Assembly: GCA_965224245.1 (NCBI GenBank)
Contig: CBDCYW010000025.1
Coordinates: 1-58,706, forward strand
From: Candidatus Eiseniibacteriota bacterium
Lineage (GTDB): Bacteria; Eisenbacteria; RBG-16-71-46; CAZAMP01
Length of the DNA: 58,706 nucleotides
Direction of reading: 5' to 3'
A model generated the notes under the pieces. It did not search any database. It saw only the letters and a program-made list of their open reading frames with translations, and had not been told where the DNA came from. A program made the translations under genes and the position numbers. Shown piece after piece: positions 43,688-52,405 of the stretch; position 1 is the first letter of the stretch, and every line of letters begins with the position of its first letter.

Positions 43688-44549
43688 AGATCTCCCTCCA
43701 CTTCTGCTTCGCTGACCACTCCCGCTTGGGATCGGCGATCTCGTGCTGGATCGCCTCGCAAGCCACGTTGTAGCAGCGTTTCGCCTTGTACTGGAACTGT
43801 CCCTTGCCTCCGTAGACCCACTGGCCACTTCCTGGCGCTTTCCAGAACTCCTGTTCGGTGTTCTGAGCGGCGATGTGCTCGAAGAAGTCGCGGCACATGA
43901 AGTCGTAGTAAAGGTACGACTTGTCTCGGTGCTCCCAGTCGATGATGAACTGGTAGGCTAGCGTGTCGATGAGAAGACCACCGATCGGCACGGCCCAATT
44001 GCTCCTCCAGGCTCGCATCATTCGGCACAGCGGAATCAGGTTGCCATTGCAGGCGTTGTTTCTCGTTCGGATGGCTTCGATCTCTGGTTTGGGGTTCGTC
44101 GTCTTCCAGCTTCCTCCTCCATTGGAGTCGGGATATGTGTAGCTGTCATCCTTGTTGACGAATGCAGGGACAAGCTCGAACGTGATGCCGTCGTCGAAGG
44201 GAATCAGAATGACCTGACCGTCAGCCCCGATGTTCGAGACCGAGTACGTCTTCTTTACGGAGTTGCGCACTGCCTGCAGGAGTGCGGATTGCCCGTTGCC
44301 GTTGTACTGGTCGTACCGCTGATAAACAGAGTATGGCAACTGGAAGATCAGGTCCACGTCGCTGGTTCCATGGATCGCCGTGTTCCGTCCGTAAGAACCG
44401 ACGTATAAGCTATGGGACGTTTCCGAAGTTGTGCTCCAGAAATCCGTGTTCAGGCGCTTCGTGATGGCCTTGCATCGTCGAGAAATAGAATCGCCATTCT
44501 TGACGTTGATGTTGTTGCAGAATACCCTGAACCAATCGGCGAGCCCCAT
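43665..44549 (-). CDS. SMODS/cGAS-DncV-like nucleotidyltransferase (CD-NTase)
   Basis: VGSYGRNTAI..TSDVDL, DGQV, FELVPAF, W..TNP, W..IFG. Confidence 0.9.
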   Translation of the reverse strand: MGLADWFRVFCNNINVKNGDSISRRCKAITKRLNTDFWSTTSETSHSLYVGSYGRNTAIHGTSDVDLIFQLPYSVYQRYDQYNGNGQSALLQAVRNSVKKTYSVSNIGADGQVILIPFDDGITFELVPAFVNKDDSYTYPDSNGGGSWKTTNPKPEIEAIRTRNNACNGNLIPLCRMMRAWRSNWAVPIGGLLIDTLAYQFIIDWEHRDKSYLYYDFMCRDFFEHIAAQNTEQEFWKAPGSGQWVYGGKGQFQYKAKRCYNVACEAIQHEIADPKREWSAKQKWREIFGTSYPA

Positions 44550-44605
44550 CGCGTCTCCTTCACTCGCCCGACTTCTTCAATGTCTGCCAGCTCGCGAGCC
44601 AACTA

Positions 44606-45103
44606 CTACTTCTCTCTCGTCGTTGATCCAGCCTGCTGCGCGATCTGATACAGTTTCATAAAGACGAGCTCGGCCAGGAGTTGTCCGTGAAGCTGCTCAA
44701 CGACACGCTTGTGGTAGTCGAGAACGATGGTGCGGATCACCTGCACGAGCCCCTCCGGGTCATCGGTGACGCTATCAGGGACACTGACTTCCCAGTTCGT
44801 GACGGCCTTTGCGATCTCTTCTCGATCGAGCGCTCGACTGAGCATCGGACCGATTTCTTCTTTCGCCATCGCGACGAGTTCTGGCCGTGTCTCTTCGATG
44901 ATGCCGCAGAGGTGTGACAACGCTTCGGACCCCGGAAGCCCAACGATTTCGTCAACGCGCGTCCTAAGGCCTTCAGCCGTGTCTTGAGCAAGCCTACGCT
45001 CGAACGCGGCGGCCGCTATCTGCGACCAGTTAAGCGAGTCCCCGGCGACCTCCATGCGCGCTTTCAGTTCGTCGGGTATGCTGATATTCATCCGCGCTGC
45101 CAT
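44606..45103 (-). CDS. Ribbon-helix-helix (Arc/CopG-like) N-terminal domain protein
   Basis: MAARMNISIPDELKARM...NWSQIA...F; palindrome overlapping the start codon. Confidence 0.65.
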   Translation of the reverse strand: MAARMNISIPDELKARMEVAGDSLNWSQIAAAAFERRLAQDTAEGLRTRVDEIVGLPGSEALSHLCGIIEETRPELVAMAKEEIGPMLSRALDREEIAKAVTNWEVSVPDSVTDDPEGLVQVIRTIVLDYHKRVVEQLHGQLLAELVFMKLYQIAQQAGSTTREK

Positions 45104-45186
45104 GCGCATATCATTGCGCATGAATATACACATCGCAAGGTGAATCGTAGTTACCAGCCCCTTGGCCCAGGCGCCTGCCTAGCTAT

Positions 45187-45218
45187 AGATGACCTACTTT
45201 GCAAAAAGTAGGTCATCT
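45187..45218. promoter_or_regulatory. Perfect palindromic site, candidate recombination/binding site of the adjacent tyrosine recombinase
   Basis: AGATGACCTACT-TTGCAAAA-AGTAGGTCATCT; extra AGGTCATC half-sites near 45264 and 45293; TTGACA at 45225. Confidence 0.65.
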
Positions 45219-45259
45219 GACCCCTTGACAGCGCCCACCAGCGTGCTAGAAATAGACGT

Positions 45260-45889
45260 ATGAGGTCATCTATGACCCGAAAAACACAAGACAGGTCATC
45301 CGGACCGAAACGGCAGCTCAAGGCATCCCAGTTCTCCCTGAAACCGGGCGAACTGCGGAAGCTCATCTACGCAGCCGAGAGCCCTCGTGACCGCTGCCTG
45401 ATCCGGACCTTGGCCGAGACCGGGATCCGCCGAGCCGAGCTCGCCGCCCTGGACGTCCGCGACGTCGACCTCGAAGTCCGGCGGTTGACGATCCGATCCG
45501 GCAAGGGCGGCAAGGAGCGCGTCGTGCCGATCACCCAGGAACTCGCGTCGGACCTGCGGTTCCTGATCGGCCGGAAACAGACCGGACCGATCTTCGTGTC
45601 TCTCCAGAAGGGGCCGCTTCAGATCCGGCAAATCAATCGGGTCGTGCGCGCCCTCGGTGAAGCGGCCGGGGTCAAGAACCCCAACCCGGCCTCCGGTGGG
45701 GCCGTCACCTGCCATCTCTTCCGGCACTCGTTCGCGAGGCTGTGGAAGCAGCGCGGCGGGGACATCGAGAGCCTCTCGCACATCCTCGGGCACTCGTCGT
45801 CCGCCACCACAGTCGACCTCTACGGCACGCAGTCGATCGACGACGTGCACGCCAACTACGAACGGATCATGGAGGACTCACCGTCGTAG
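45260..45889 (+). CDS. Tyrosine recombinase, catalytic domain only (resolvase-like)
   Basis: TGIRRAEL, GKGGKER, HLFRHS, LGHSS..T...Y: full R-K-HxxR-H-Y set. Confidence 0.92.
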   Translation: MRSSMTRKTQDRSSGPKRQLKASQFSLKPGELRKLIYAAESPRDRCLIRTLAETGIRRAELAALDVRDVDLEVRRLTIRSGKGGKERVVPITQELASDLRFLIGRKQTGPIFVSLQKGPLQIRQINRVVRALGEAAGVKNPNPASGGAVTCHLFRHSFARLWKQRGGDIESLSHILGHSSSATTVDLYGTQSIDDVHANYERIMEDSPS

Positions 45890-45929
45890 GCCGCTATCCG
45901 CCCTTGACTAATCAGCTAACCCAATCCCC

Positions 45930-46901
45930 ATGCGTCAATGCAAACCCGCCCGCCGGTCACCACTCGCGCGCGACAGCCGAGGCCTTGAAGACCCCCATCT
46001 CAAGCCGAGTCACCGGCTCATCCTCGAGCTTCTCTACCACTACCGGTACGCCACCGCCGAGATCTTGGGCATCGCCTACGAAGCCGAGCGTGGCCGCGGG
46101 CAAAAGAAGGTCCGGAACGAACTCTCTACCCTCTTTCACTCGGGCCTTGTGGAGCGGACGTTCTTTCCTACAGGCCCGGCCGGCCACGGCTCGGAACAGT
46201 ACGTCTACACGCTGACCACGCACGGTGCTCGCGCCCTCCTCGACCCTGAGACGTTCACGGAGGTGCGGACTCGGGTCTACAACCGCTCGCGTGAGAAATC
46301 GGTGGCCACAATCCCCCACCGGATCGCGATCTCCACTCTGCAGCTCATCCTCGACCATGGAGAGCCCGGGCCCGCTCTCGTGGACTTCACCTCGGATCAG
46401 GAGGATCCGAGCGCGCGTATCCGCGTAAGACTCGACGGTCGCTTCATGACGTTTCAGCCAGATGCCACTGCCGTTCTCGAGTGGCCGAATGGCAAACGAA
46501 GTGCGTTCTTCTTTGAGATCGAGCGTACGCACAAGAACCGCGCTCGGACAGACCGTCGCTTTCGAGCCTACCAGTCCTACCTCGTCGAGCATCTTCAGGG
46601 GATGCGGGAGCGCCTCGATGTCCACGGTGCGGTTGCCGTGTTCGTTGGCGACACGAGCAAGCGCGCTAGCCGGCTTCAACGCATTGCTCGTCAAGCGCTC
46701 GGCGACCTCAGTCGACGCCGAAGGCCACTCCTGTACTTCTGGCACATGGAGACGTGGTATCGCAGCAACGTGGTCCAGGACCCGCGCGATCCAGACAGAG
46801 TCGCGCGCCGTCAAAGCCTCGCGCACCCTCGCGACGTGCTGGCTGGAAGCTCAGTACTGACCCTCGAAGCGAAGGAGAGACCGCTGTTTATGGCCACCTA
46901 A
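45930..46901 (+). CDS. Replication-relaxation (Replic_Relax/MOBC-like) protein
   Basis: N-terminal wHTH, YTLT..GA, PHRIAI, PDA...FFEIER. True start uncertain. Confidence 0.75.
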   Translation: MRQCKPARRSPLARDSRGLEDPHLKPSHRLILELLYHYRYATAEILGIAYEAERGRGQKKVRNELSTLFHSGLVERTFFPTGPAGHGSEQYVYTLTTHGARALLDPETFTEVRTRVYNRSREKSVATIPHRIAISTLQLILDHGEPGPALVDFTSDQEDPSARIRVRLDGRFMTFQPDATAVLEWPNGKRSAFFFEIERTHKNRARTDRRFRAYQSYLVEHLQGMRERLDVHGAVAVFVGDTSKRASRLQRIARQALGDLSRRRRPLLYFWHMETWYRSNVVQDPRDPDRVARRQSLAHPRDVLAGSSVLTLEAKERPLFMAT

Positions 46902-47089
46902 CAATTTGTGATATATTAACTTACAAGACTGGCCGCCCAGCCCCGATACGGCGCTGACAACCGCCCGGTGGCTCCGCCAGGTTTCAGGTGAAGGCTCCAC
47001 TGAGCCTGGCCGGGTAGCGGATGGCCTTTACTCCGCGGCCCGGGCGGCCAGTCGTTCAAAACCACGTTGAGCAGAGATCCCTGGTCGCC

Positions 47090-47809
47090 TCAGTCAGGTG
47101 AGTCATCAACTCGAATGTTGAGAAGCGCGGCCACCTCGCGAAGCGACTCCACTGTGGCGTCCGCTACATCCTCGTCGTCCCGCGGCTTCTGAAAACGCGC
47201 GAAGCCTTGCAGTATCCGAATTGTCTTCCATCCGAGCGCCTTCGCTGGCCTGATATCGTTGTCAACACGGTCGCCGATCATCACGGCCTCGCTCACCCGG
47301 CAGCCCGCTTTGTGCAACGCTAGGGTGAAGATCTCAGCGCTCGGTTTCTTTACACCAACGTCGCCCGACGTGATGCAAGCTGACATGAACTCCGACCACC
47401 CATTCTTGTCGAGCTCTTCGCGCGCAGTGTCAGAATTCGCCACGATCCCGAGGCGGTAGCGTCGATGCATTACTCTCAAGAGTGACGTTGCCCCCGGGTA
47501 CGGCTTCAGCACACTGCGCCGGTACGTCAGTTCATTCAGACGCGAACGAAGAGCCACGTCGTCCCCGGCTACCTTCGTTAGGACATCAGCCATGAACTTC
47601 GGAGCGTATCGAGTTGCCGCGTCGGCAAGCATCCTCTGCACGGATTGCTTGGATGAATCTCTTCTCTGTCCTCTTAGCACATCGCGGACTTGATCGACCC
47701 AGTCATCAATCGCGTCGCTGTGATCAACAAGCGTGTTCCCAAGATCGAAGAACACCCATCGAACACCTACGAAAGGATTCGCTGCTGCACTGCTTGGCTC
47801 CGATGACAC
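47090..47809 (-). CDS. HAD-family hydrolase
   Basis: FFDLGNTL, IVAN, KP, IGDRVDNDI. Confidence 0.9.
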   Translation of the reverse strand: MSSEPSSAAANPFVGVRWVFFDLGNTLVDHSDAIDDWVDQVRDVLRGQRRDSSKQSVQRMLADAATRYAPKFMADVLTKVAGDDVALRSRLNELTYRRSVLKPYPGATSLLRVMHRRYRLGIVANSDTAREELDKNGWSEFMSACITSGDVGVKKPSAEIFTLALHKAGCRVSEAVMIGDRVDNDIRPAKALGWKTIRILQGFARFQKPRDDEDVADATVESLREVAALLNIRVDDSPD

Positions 47810-47827
47810 GTTACTGCTCCCGCTTGT

Positions 47828-49042
47828 TTACGCTACCTCCGGCACGTCCCGATACTCTTCCGGCCGTTCGTCTCGCGGCACGAGTTGCACGCCCAGCGCG
47901 AGGTCGCAAATCAACGTATGGAAGAAACGGCCGCGTAGTGCTGCCCGAACTGCTGGCGCCCTCTTCGTGGTCGAAGCGACACCTATCGTGTGCGTTCCAT
48001 CACTCTCCCGCCACTCGCGCAGCCTCTTCGGGCTCACTGTCAGCCCGATCTTGTCAGCGAGCTCCTCGAGCACGAGATTCCCGCCCCCATCAATCCCATG
48101 CCAATTCACCACCCCCACGACACCGGCCTGCTGCAGCGTTTTATTTGCGTCGTGATATGTCGCAAGCTCTAGGGGCTTGTAGATGAGCTCTGGTTCGGCC
48201 TCGAGCGCCTTACGACCCTTCGTACTGCTGTAGTACTGGTATGCGCCGACCAAGCGCACGAACGCCGACACTTCCTCATGTGGCTCAGCCTGCCCGGACT
48301 CTGGCTCCTTGTACGTGCGCCGGCTGATGACTGAGATCGTGGCGGCGGGTGCTGGTGCTTCGTCGAAGATTGCTCGGATTTCTGGGCGGCTCCGAACGTC
48401 GGCCGTCGCACCACCCGCCGGGAGCCCAGGACAGACCACATAGACACGACGACCCGGAGAGTGGCCGAGTCTCGCGTGCAGGACTTGAAGAGCAACGCTC
48501 GCATCCGCCGTCTCAATGAGCCGCCAGGGCCCGCCAACGACAAGTGGGCGGAAGATCACGGGCGCGACAGATGGTCGGAAGTACTTCGCGAATTCAAGAA
48601 CGAGCCTTCCGCCACTCACAGCGACGTGGTCATTCTCCTGCAGTCCCAAGTCCCCGACGAAATCAGCTACCGCCAGCCCCACATACCTACGGATGAAATC
48701 CCGGTAGTCCGCACTGGCAACCAAATCGGAGTCCCTAGCTGCGCTCGGTACGATCCTGACCTCTTCGAGACCATGGCTTCTCCAGTGGGCGCGAATGCGT
48801 TGAGCCAACTCATGCTGCGGACCCGGACGTAAGGTCACGCTCGTCTCCACCATGCCTTGTCTCTTCGCGCCCTTGAGTAGATCGTGCGCTTTGGTCCGGG
48901 AAAGCCCCAGCTGCTTCGCGACCTTCGTGACGGATTCACCCTGAACAACGCATCTAGCGACGAGCTCGACTTGCAGCTCTTGCTCCGATCGTCTGACCCT
49001 TCGTCGAATCACATCTCCGTTCCCCTCTTGGACAATCGTCAC
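47828..49042 (-). CDS. SorC/DeoR-like sugar-binding transcriptional regulator (diverged)
   Basis: HTH SVTKVAKQLGLSRTKA..LL..A...G.V, VAVSGGR, K..AVRAALRG.....LICD. Confidence 0.8.
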   Translation of the reverse strand: MTIVQEGNGDVIRRRVRRSEQELQVELVARCVVQGESVTKVAKQLGLSRTKAHDLLKGAKRQGMVETSVTLRPGPQHELAQRIRAHWRSHGLEEVRIVPSAARDSDLVASADYRDFIRRYVGLAVADFVGDLGLQENDHVAVSGGRLVLEFAKYFRPSVAPVIFRPLVVGGPWRLIETADASVALQVLHARLGHSPGRRVYVVCPGLPAGGATADVRSRPEIRAIFDEAPAPAATISVISRRTYKEPESGQAEPHEEVSAFVRLVGAYQYYSSTKGRKALEAEPELIYKPLELATYHDANKTLQQAGVVGVVNWHGIDGGGNLVLEELADKIGLTVSPKRLREWRESDGTHTIGVASTTKRAPAVRAALRGRFFHTLICDLALGVQLVPRDERPEEYRDVPEVA

Positions 49043-49480
49043 TCTGACACCAGACGATTGTTCAGAATTTCGAACTCTGTATCGATTGCGAGTTCACAAA
49101 ACAGAACTTTTTTACTTTGAATCACTTGACCTGCCCGATATCTCAAACGAGAATATTAACATGATGCTTGGATCGCTTCCAAGCAGGTTCTCAACGTGAG
49201 CGGCACCGCCTACGGGCCCCGAGAACCCACTGCTGGCAAACTGAAGACCCCGACTGGTGCAAGCAGCCGGGGTGCTGGCGGGTGGCTTCGCCACGCTCGC
49301 GCGCGGTGTACCGCACAGAGCGTCGATAGGCCAGGAGCAGTGGCCCATCATGACGAAGCCGCGAATCCCACCAGCCCTTCCGTTGTCCCACAAAGATCCA
49401 TATCCGTCAATATTTCAACAACTTACGCCAATCTTGTGCCCCGGGCTCGCTCAGTCCGCGTGCGAGCAAAGGCACCTACC

Positions 49481-50032
49481 GTGATCCCCGAGCCGCCGAT
49501 CGCCCGGGGTGGCGCCGCTTCCGCCGCAATCGAGCCATCGCCTCACCCACCCCCTAACCCGCAAGTTGGGTTACGCGATCTCGCGGTCATTCAAGGCTGG
49601 GCACGCTATCTGGCGCGCGGTGACAGCTGGGTGGAAGAGGTCTGCACCAACGCCGGCCTCTGTCATCGATTCGATCCGCAGAACCGTCCCGATCCGAGCA
49701 ATCCGCGTGCGCACGAAGCCCTGATGTTTGAAGTTTGGAAGGTCATGGACAACGCACGTCGCACACCTGTGCGTCGACGTTCCAAGACGATCCCACCGGA
49801 CAATCCGCTCCTTGACCCGAGCCGCTCACTCCGCTGCGCACTCTCCTTCGAAGCGGCTCTTCGATTCATCGATTCTTATCCCAATCCGCTCATCCGGTCG
49901 CTGGGTCTAAAGCGCCTCTTGGGACGCCGCGACCTCATCACTGGCACCGAACGTAAAGAGCTCTCTCGCAAGCGTGAACAACTAAGGCGAGACATCGCTG
50001 CCGCGATTCACCTCAGTTCGTGTCCCTTCTAG
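49481..50032 (+). CDS. Hypothetical protein, possibly a highly diverged ECF-sigma-like protein
   Basis: Weak region-2-like (ARYLARGDSWVEEVCTNA; VMDNARR) and region-4-like (TERKELSRKREQLRR) segments; start uncertain. Confidence 0.4.
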   Translation: MIPEPPIARGGAASAAIEPSPHPPPNPQVGLRDLAVIQGWARYLARGDSWVEEVCTNAGLCHRFDPQNRPDPSNPRAHEALMFEVWKVMDNARRTPVRRRSKTIPPDNPLLDPSRSLRCALSFEAALRFIDSYPNPLIRSLGLKRLLGRRDLITGTERKELSRKREQLRRDIAAAIHLSSCPF

Positions 50033-50155
50033 GTTGAGAGCGAGCTGAACGAACACTGTCAGTAACGCTTTCTCGTCGCGCGGTCCCGAACCAGAACATC
50101 TACATGGTCGGGGTTGCCAACTCCACGGCGCTCTCCACAACGAAAGGAGTCTGTA

Positions 50156-50341
50156 ATGAAAGACGCGAAGCGTCTTCGTGACGCCGTCGTCAGAAACGAC
50201 CGTGAGGTCGAGGTCACCCCCGATGGCACGGTGCTCTTTCCGGACGAAGCACCCGCCAGCGATGACAAGCCTGAGCGTGACGCACCGCCGAAGGCGACCA
50301 AGCGAAAGGCGACGAAGCTCTCGGACCATGTATTCGGCTAG
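50156..50341 (+). CDS. 61-aa peptide ending ...KLSDHVFG; candidate conjugated modifier/precursor
   Basis: Strong AAGGAG RBS, C-terminal Gly, directly upstream of E2 and JAB-E1. Confidence 0.7.
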   Translation: MKDAKRLRDAVVRNDREVEVTPDGTVLFPDEAPASDDKPERDAPPKATKRKATKLSDHVFG

Positions 50342-50407
50342 GACCCACCCAGGAGGCAGAGATGGTGGCCGGGCAGCCTCTGCAGGCTCGGCCGCCACTG
50401 AACGCAC

Positions 50408-50785
50408 ATGTGGTACGAGGAGAACCGATGGCGCATGCGTCTCGTAGCGGAACAGGAGGTGATGCGAGATCGGTTTCCTGCCTTCCGCCTCGTGCGCGCC
50501 TCGAACGGCCAGCTCCGGTGGAGCGGAACTCTCTCACCAGTTCGTGGAGTCACATTCCGTGTGTCTCTTCTCTACCCGAGTACATATCCGTACGCAGCGC
50601 CGGTATTCCGCGTTGACGCGCCTTGCCTTAAACGAGGTGCTCCCCACCGGTTCGCAAACGGAAGTCTCTGCGTTCACAAGAATCGTTGGGACCCAGCTAC
50701 CGGTACTGCGGCGAGCTGCGTACCGCTCCTATCCGCCTGGCTGCTCGCTTACGTAGAGTGGTGCCGAACCGGGGAGGTCTTCTGA
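50408..50785 (+). CDS. Prokaryotic E2 (UBC-fold) protein
   Basis: W.G.L, YPSTYPYAAP, PHRFANGSLC (active-site Cys), W.PA: matches the UBC pattern FP..YP..PP...HPN...G.IC...W.P. Confidence 0.85.
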   Translation: MWYEENRWRMRLVAEQEVMRDRFPAFRLVRASNGQLRWSGTLSPVRGVTFRVSLLYPSTYPYAAPVFRVDAPCLKRGAPHRFANGSLCVHKNRWDPATGTAASCVPLLSAWLLAYVEWCRTGEVF

Positions 50786-52398
50786 TGCCAACCGCCTTGA
50801 TGATCACCGAGATCGTCCTACGGGCGATCAAGGCTGAATGCCTGAGGCACCCAACGGTTGAGACTGGCGGCGTCTTGCTCGGAAACCGTGTCGGCACCGA
50901 CTATGTTGTTCCAGCAGTGATTCCACCGGGTCCGAGATCCCGCCGCGCACGCACCCTCTTCTCCCCAGACACGGACTTCCAGCAACCGATCCTGGACTTC
51001 GCGCACGAGTACTTCAACGGTCTCAACTACAAGGGAGAATGGCACCGACATCCTGGCCAGAACGACTATCCGAGCGCAAAAGACCTCAGTACGGCACGGG
51101 AGATCCTCTCCAGCCCCGAGTGGGACATCTCGGAGGCCGTCTTCCCCATCGCAATCGTGGACGACGGTGAGGTTCGGATCCGTGCGTACGAGATCACCCG
51201 GGACGATCCCCACTTCAGAGAGATCCCGCTATCTGTTCTGCCGGCCAGTGATCCCCGACTCACGGCAGCCCTCGGTCTCCAGCCTTCCGAGGCCACCGGT
51301 ACCCTCTTGACCACTGCGCAGCTCGTGCGCGATGCCAGCGTGAGAGCGACGGCGACCGACGTCTACGGACTCGCGCGACGGGACGAGCACCTTCTTCAGC
51401 TTCTCTCCCTCCACTCGGACTACTCGGGGTCCCTCCAAGCAGTCGGTCGCCTTGCCACTGGCAAGAGCACCGACGACGTCGGCATACCGCTGGTCGCGGG
51501 AGACTCGCACACATCGTTCCTGGCTCCCGACACGCTCCCCACCCCAACCAACATCGAGGTCATCGATACCGGCGCTGAAATGGCGGCCCGCCGCATCGGT
51601 CTCGTGGAGGAGCACCAGGTCGCCTCCAAGCGTGTCGCCGTGTTCGGGGTTGGAAGTCTCGGCTCCGGCCTAGCACTACTCCTGGCGCAGGCAGGCGTTG
51701 GCCACTTCGACGTCTACGACTGCGGTCGTCTCGATGCCGCAAATCTGAGTCGTCACGCGTGTGATCTGTTCGATCTAGGCAGATCGAAAGCGCTCGCCGT
51801 TTCCGAACTCCTCAGACGCCGTACGGCCCAGGCTCAGGGACACGATGTCGATCTCAGCACCATCGATGACCTCGAGTCTCTCGTCGACCCATCCGACCTC
51901 TTGATCGCAACGACCGACTCGCCCGAGGTTCAGTTCCGACTCAACGAGGCATCCGTGAAGACCGGCACCCCGGGGATCTTCGTCGGCGCGTATGAACAAG
52001 CAACCGCCGGGGAGGTCATCGTCGTTCGGCCCGGCGGACCATGCTTCTTCTGCTCAGTCGGTTTCCGCGCCGATATCGGCCCCGATCTTACGCCGAAGGA
52101 GAGGCGGCAAGCCTATGCCGACGCTAACAGCCGCCAGCTGAATGCGGAGCCCGGTCTAGGCACCGACATCAGCTATCTCTCTTCCGTGGCTGCGTCGTTC
52201 GCACTCGCAATCCTCGACCCGACCGGTAGACGCGACGTCCTGACGGAACCCAACCGCCAATTCACATTGGTTCATGGCGGAAGTCGCCCCTCCGGTCAGC
52301 ACGCTGATCTGTTTGATAAGCCGTTTGACTTGGTTTCCGCCCGCGTTGTTCGAAAGACACCTTGTGAGATCTGCGGCTTCCAATCCGAGGGGAAGTAG
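50785..52398 (+). CDS. JAB peptidase - ThiF/E1 fusion
   Basis: ETGGVLLG...WHRHP.....PS..D (JAMM); GVGSLGS, NLSRH, PCFFC/PCEIC. TGATG coupling to E2. Confidence 0.9.
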   Translation: MPTALMITEIVLRAIKAECLRHPTVETGGVLLGNRVGTDYVVPAVIPPGPRSRRARTLFSPDTDFQQPILDFAHEYFNGLNYKGEWHRHPGQNDYPSAKDLSTAREILSSPEWDISEAVFPIAIVDDGEVRIRAYEITRDDPHFREIPLSVLPASDPRLTAALGLQPSEATGTLLTTAQLVRDASVRATATDVYGLARRDEHLLQLLSLHSDYSGSLQAVGRLATGKSTDDVGIPLVAGDSHTSFLAPDTLPTPTNIEVIDTGAEMAARRIGLVEEHQVASKRVAVFGVGSLGSGLALLLAQAGVGHFDVYDCGRLDAANLSRHACDLFDLGRSKALAVSELLRRRTAQAQGHDVDLSTIDDLESLVDPSDLLIATTDSPEVQFRLNEASVKTGTPGIFVGAYEQATAGEVIVVRPGGPCFFCSVGFRADIGPDLTPKERRQAYADANSRQLNAEPGLGTDISYLSSVAASFALAILDPTGRRDVLTEPNRQFTLVHGGSRPSGQHADLFDKPFDLVSARVVRKTPCEICGFQSEGK

Positions 52399-52405
52399 GA
52401 GCCCA

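Noticed and set aside
50785-52398. Thiamine/molybdopterin ThiF/MoeB
   Set aside because: No ThiS/MoaD carrier or pathway genes; coupled to an E2 on a mobile element.
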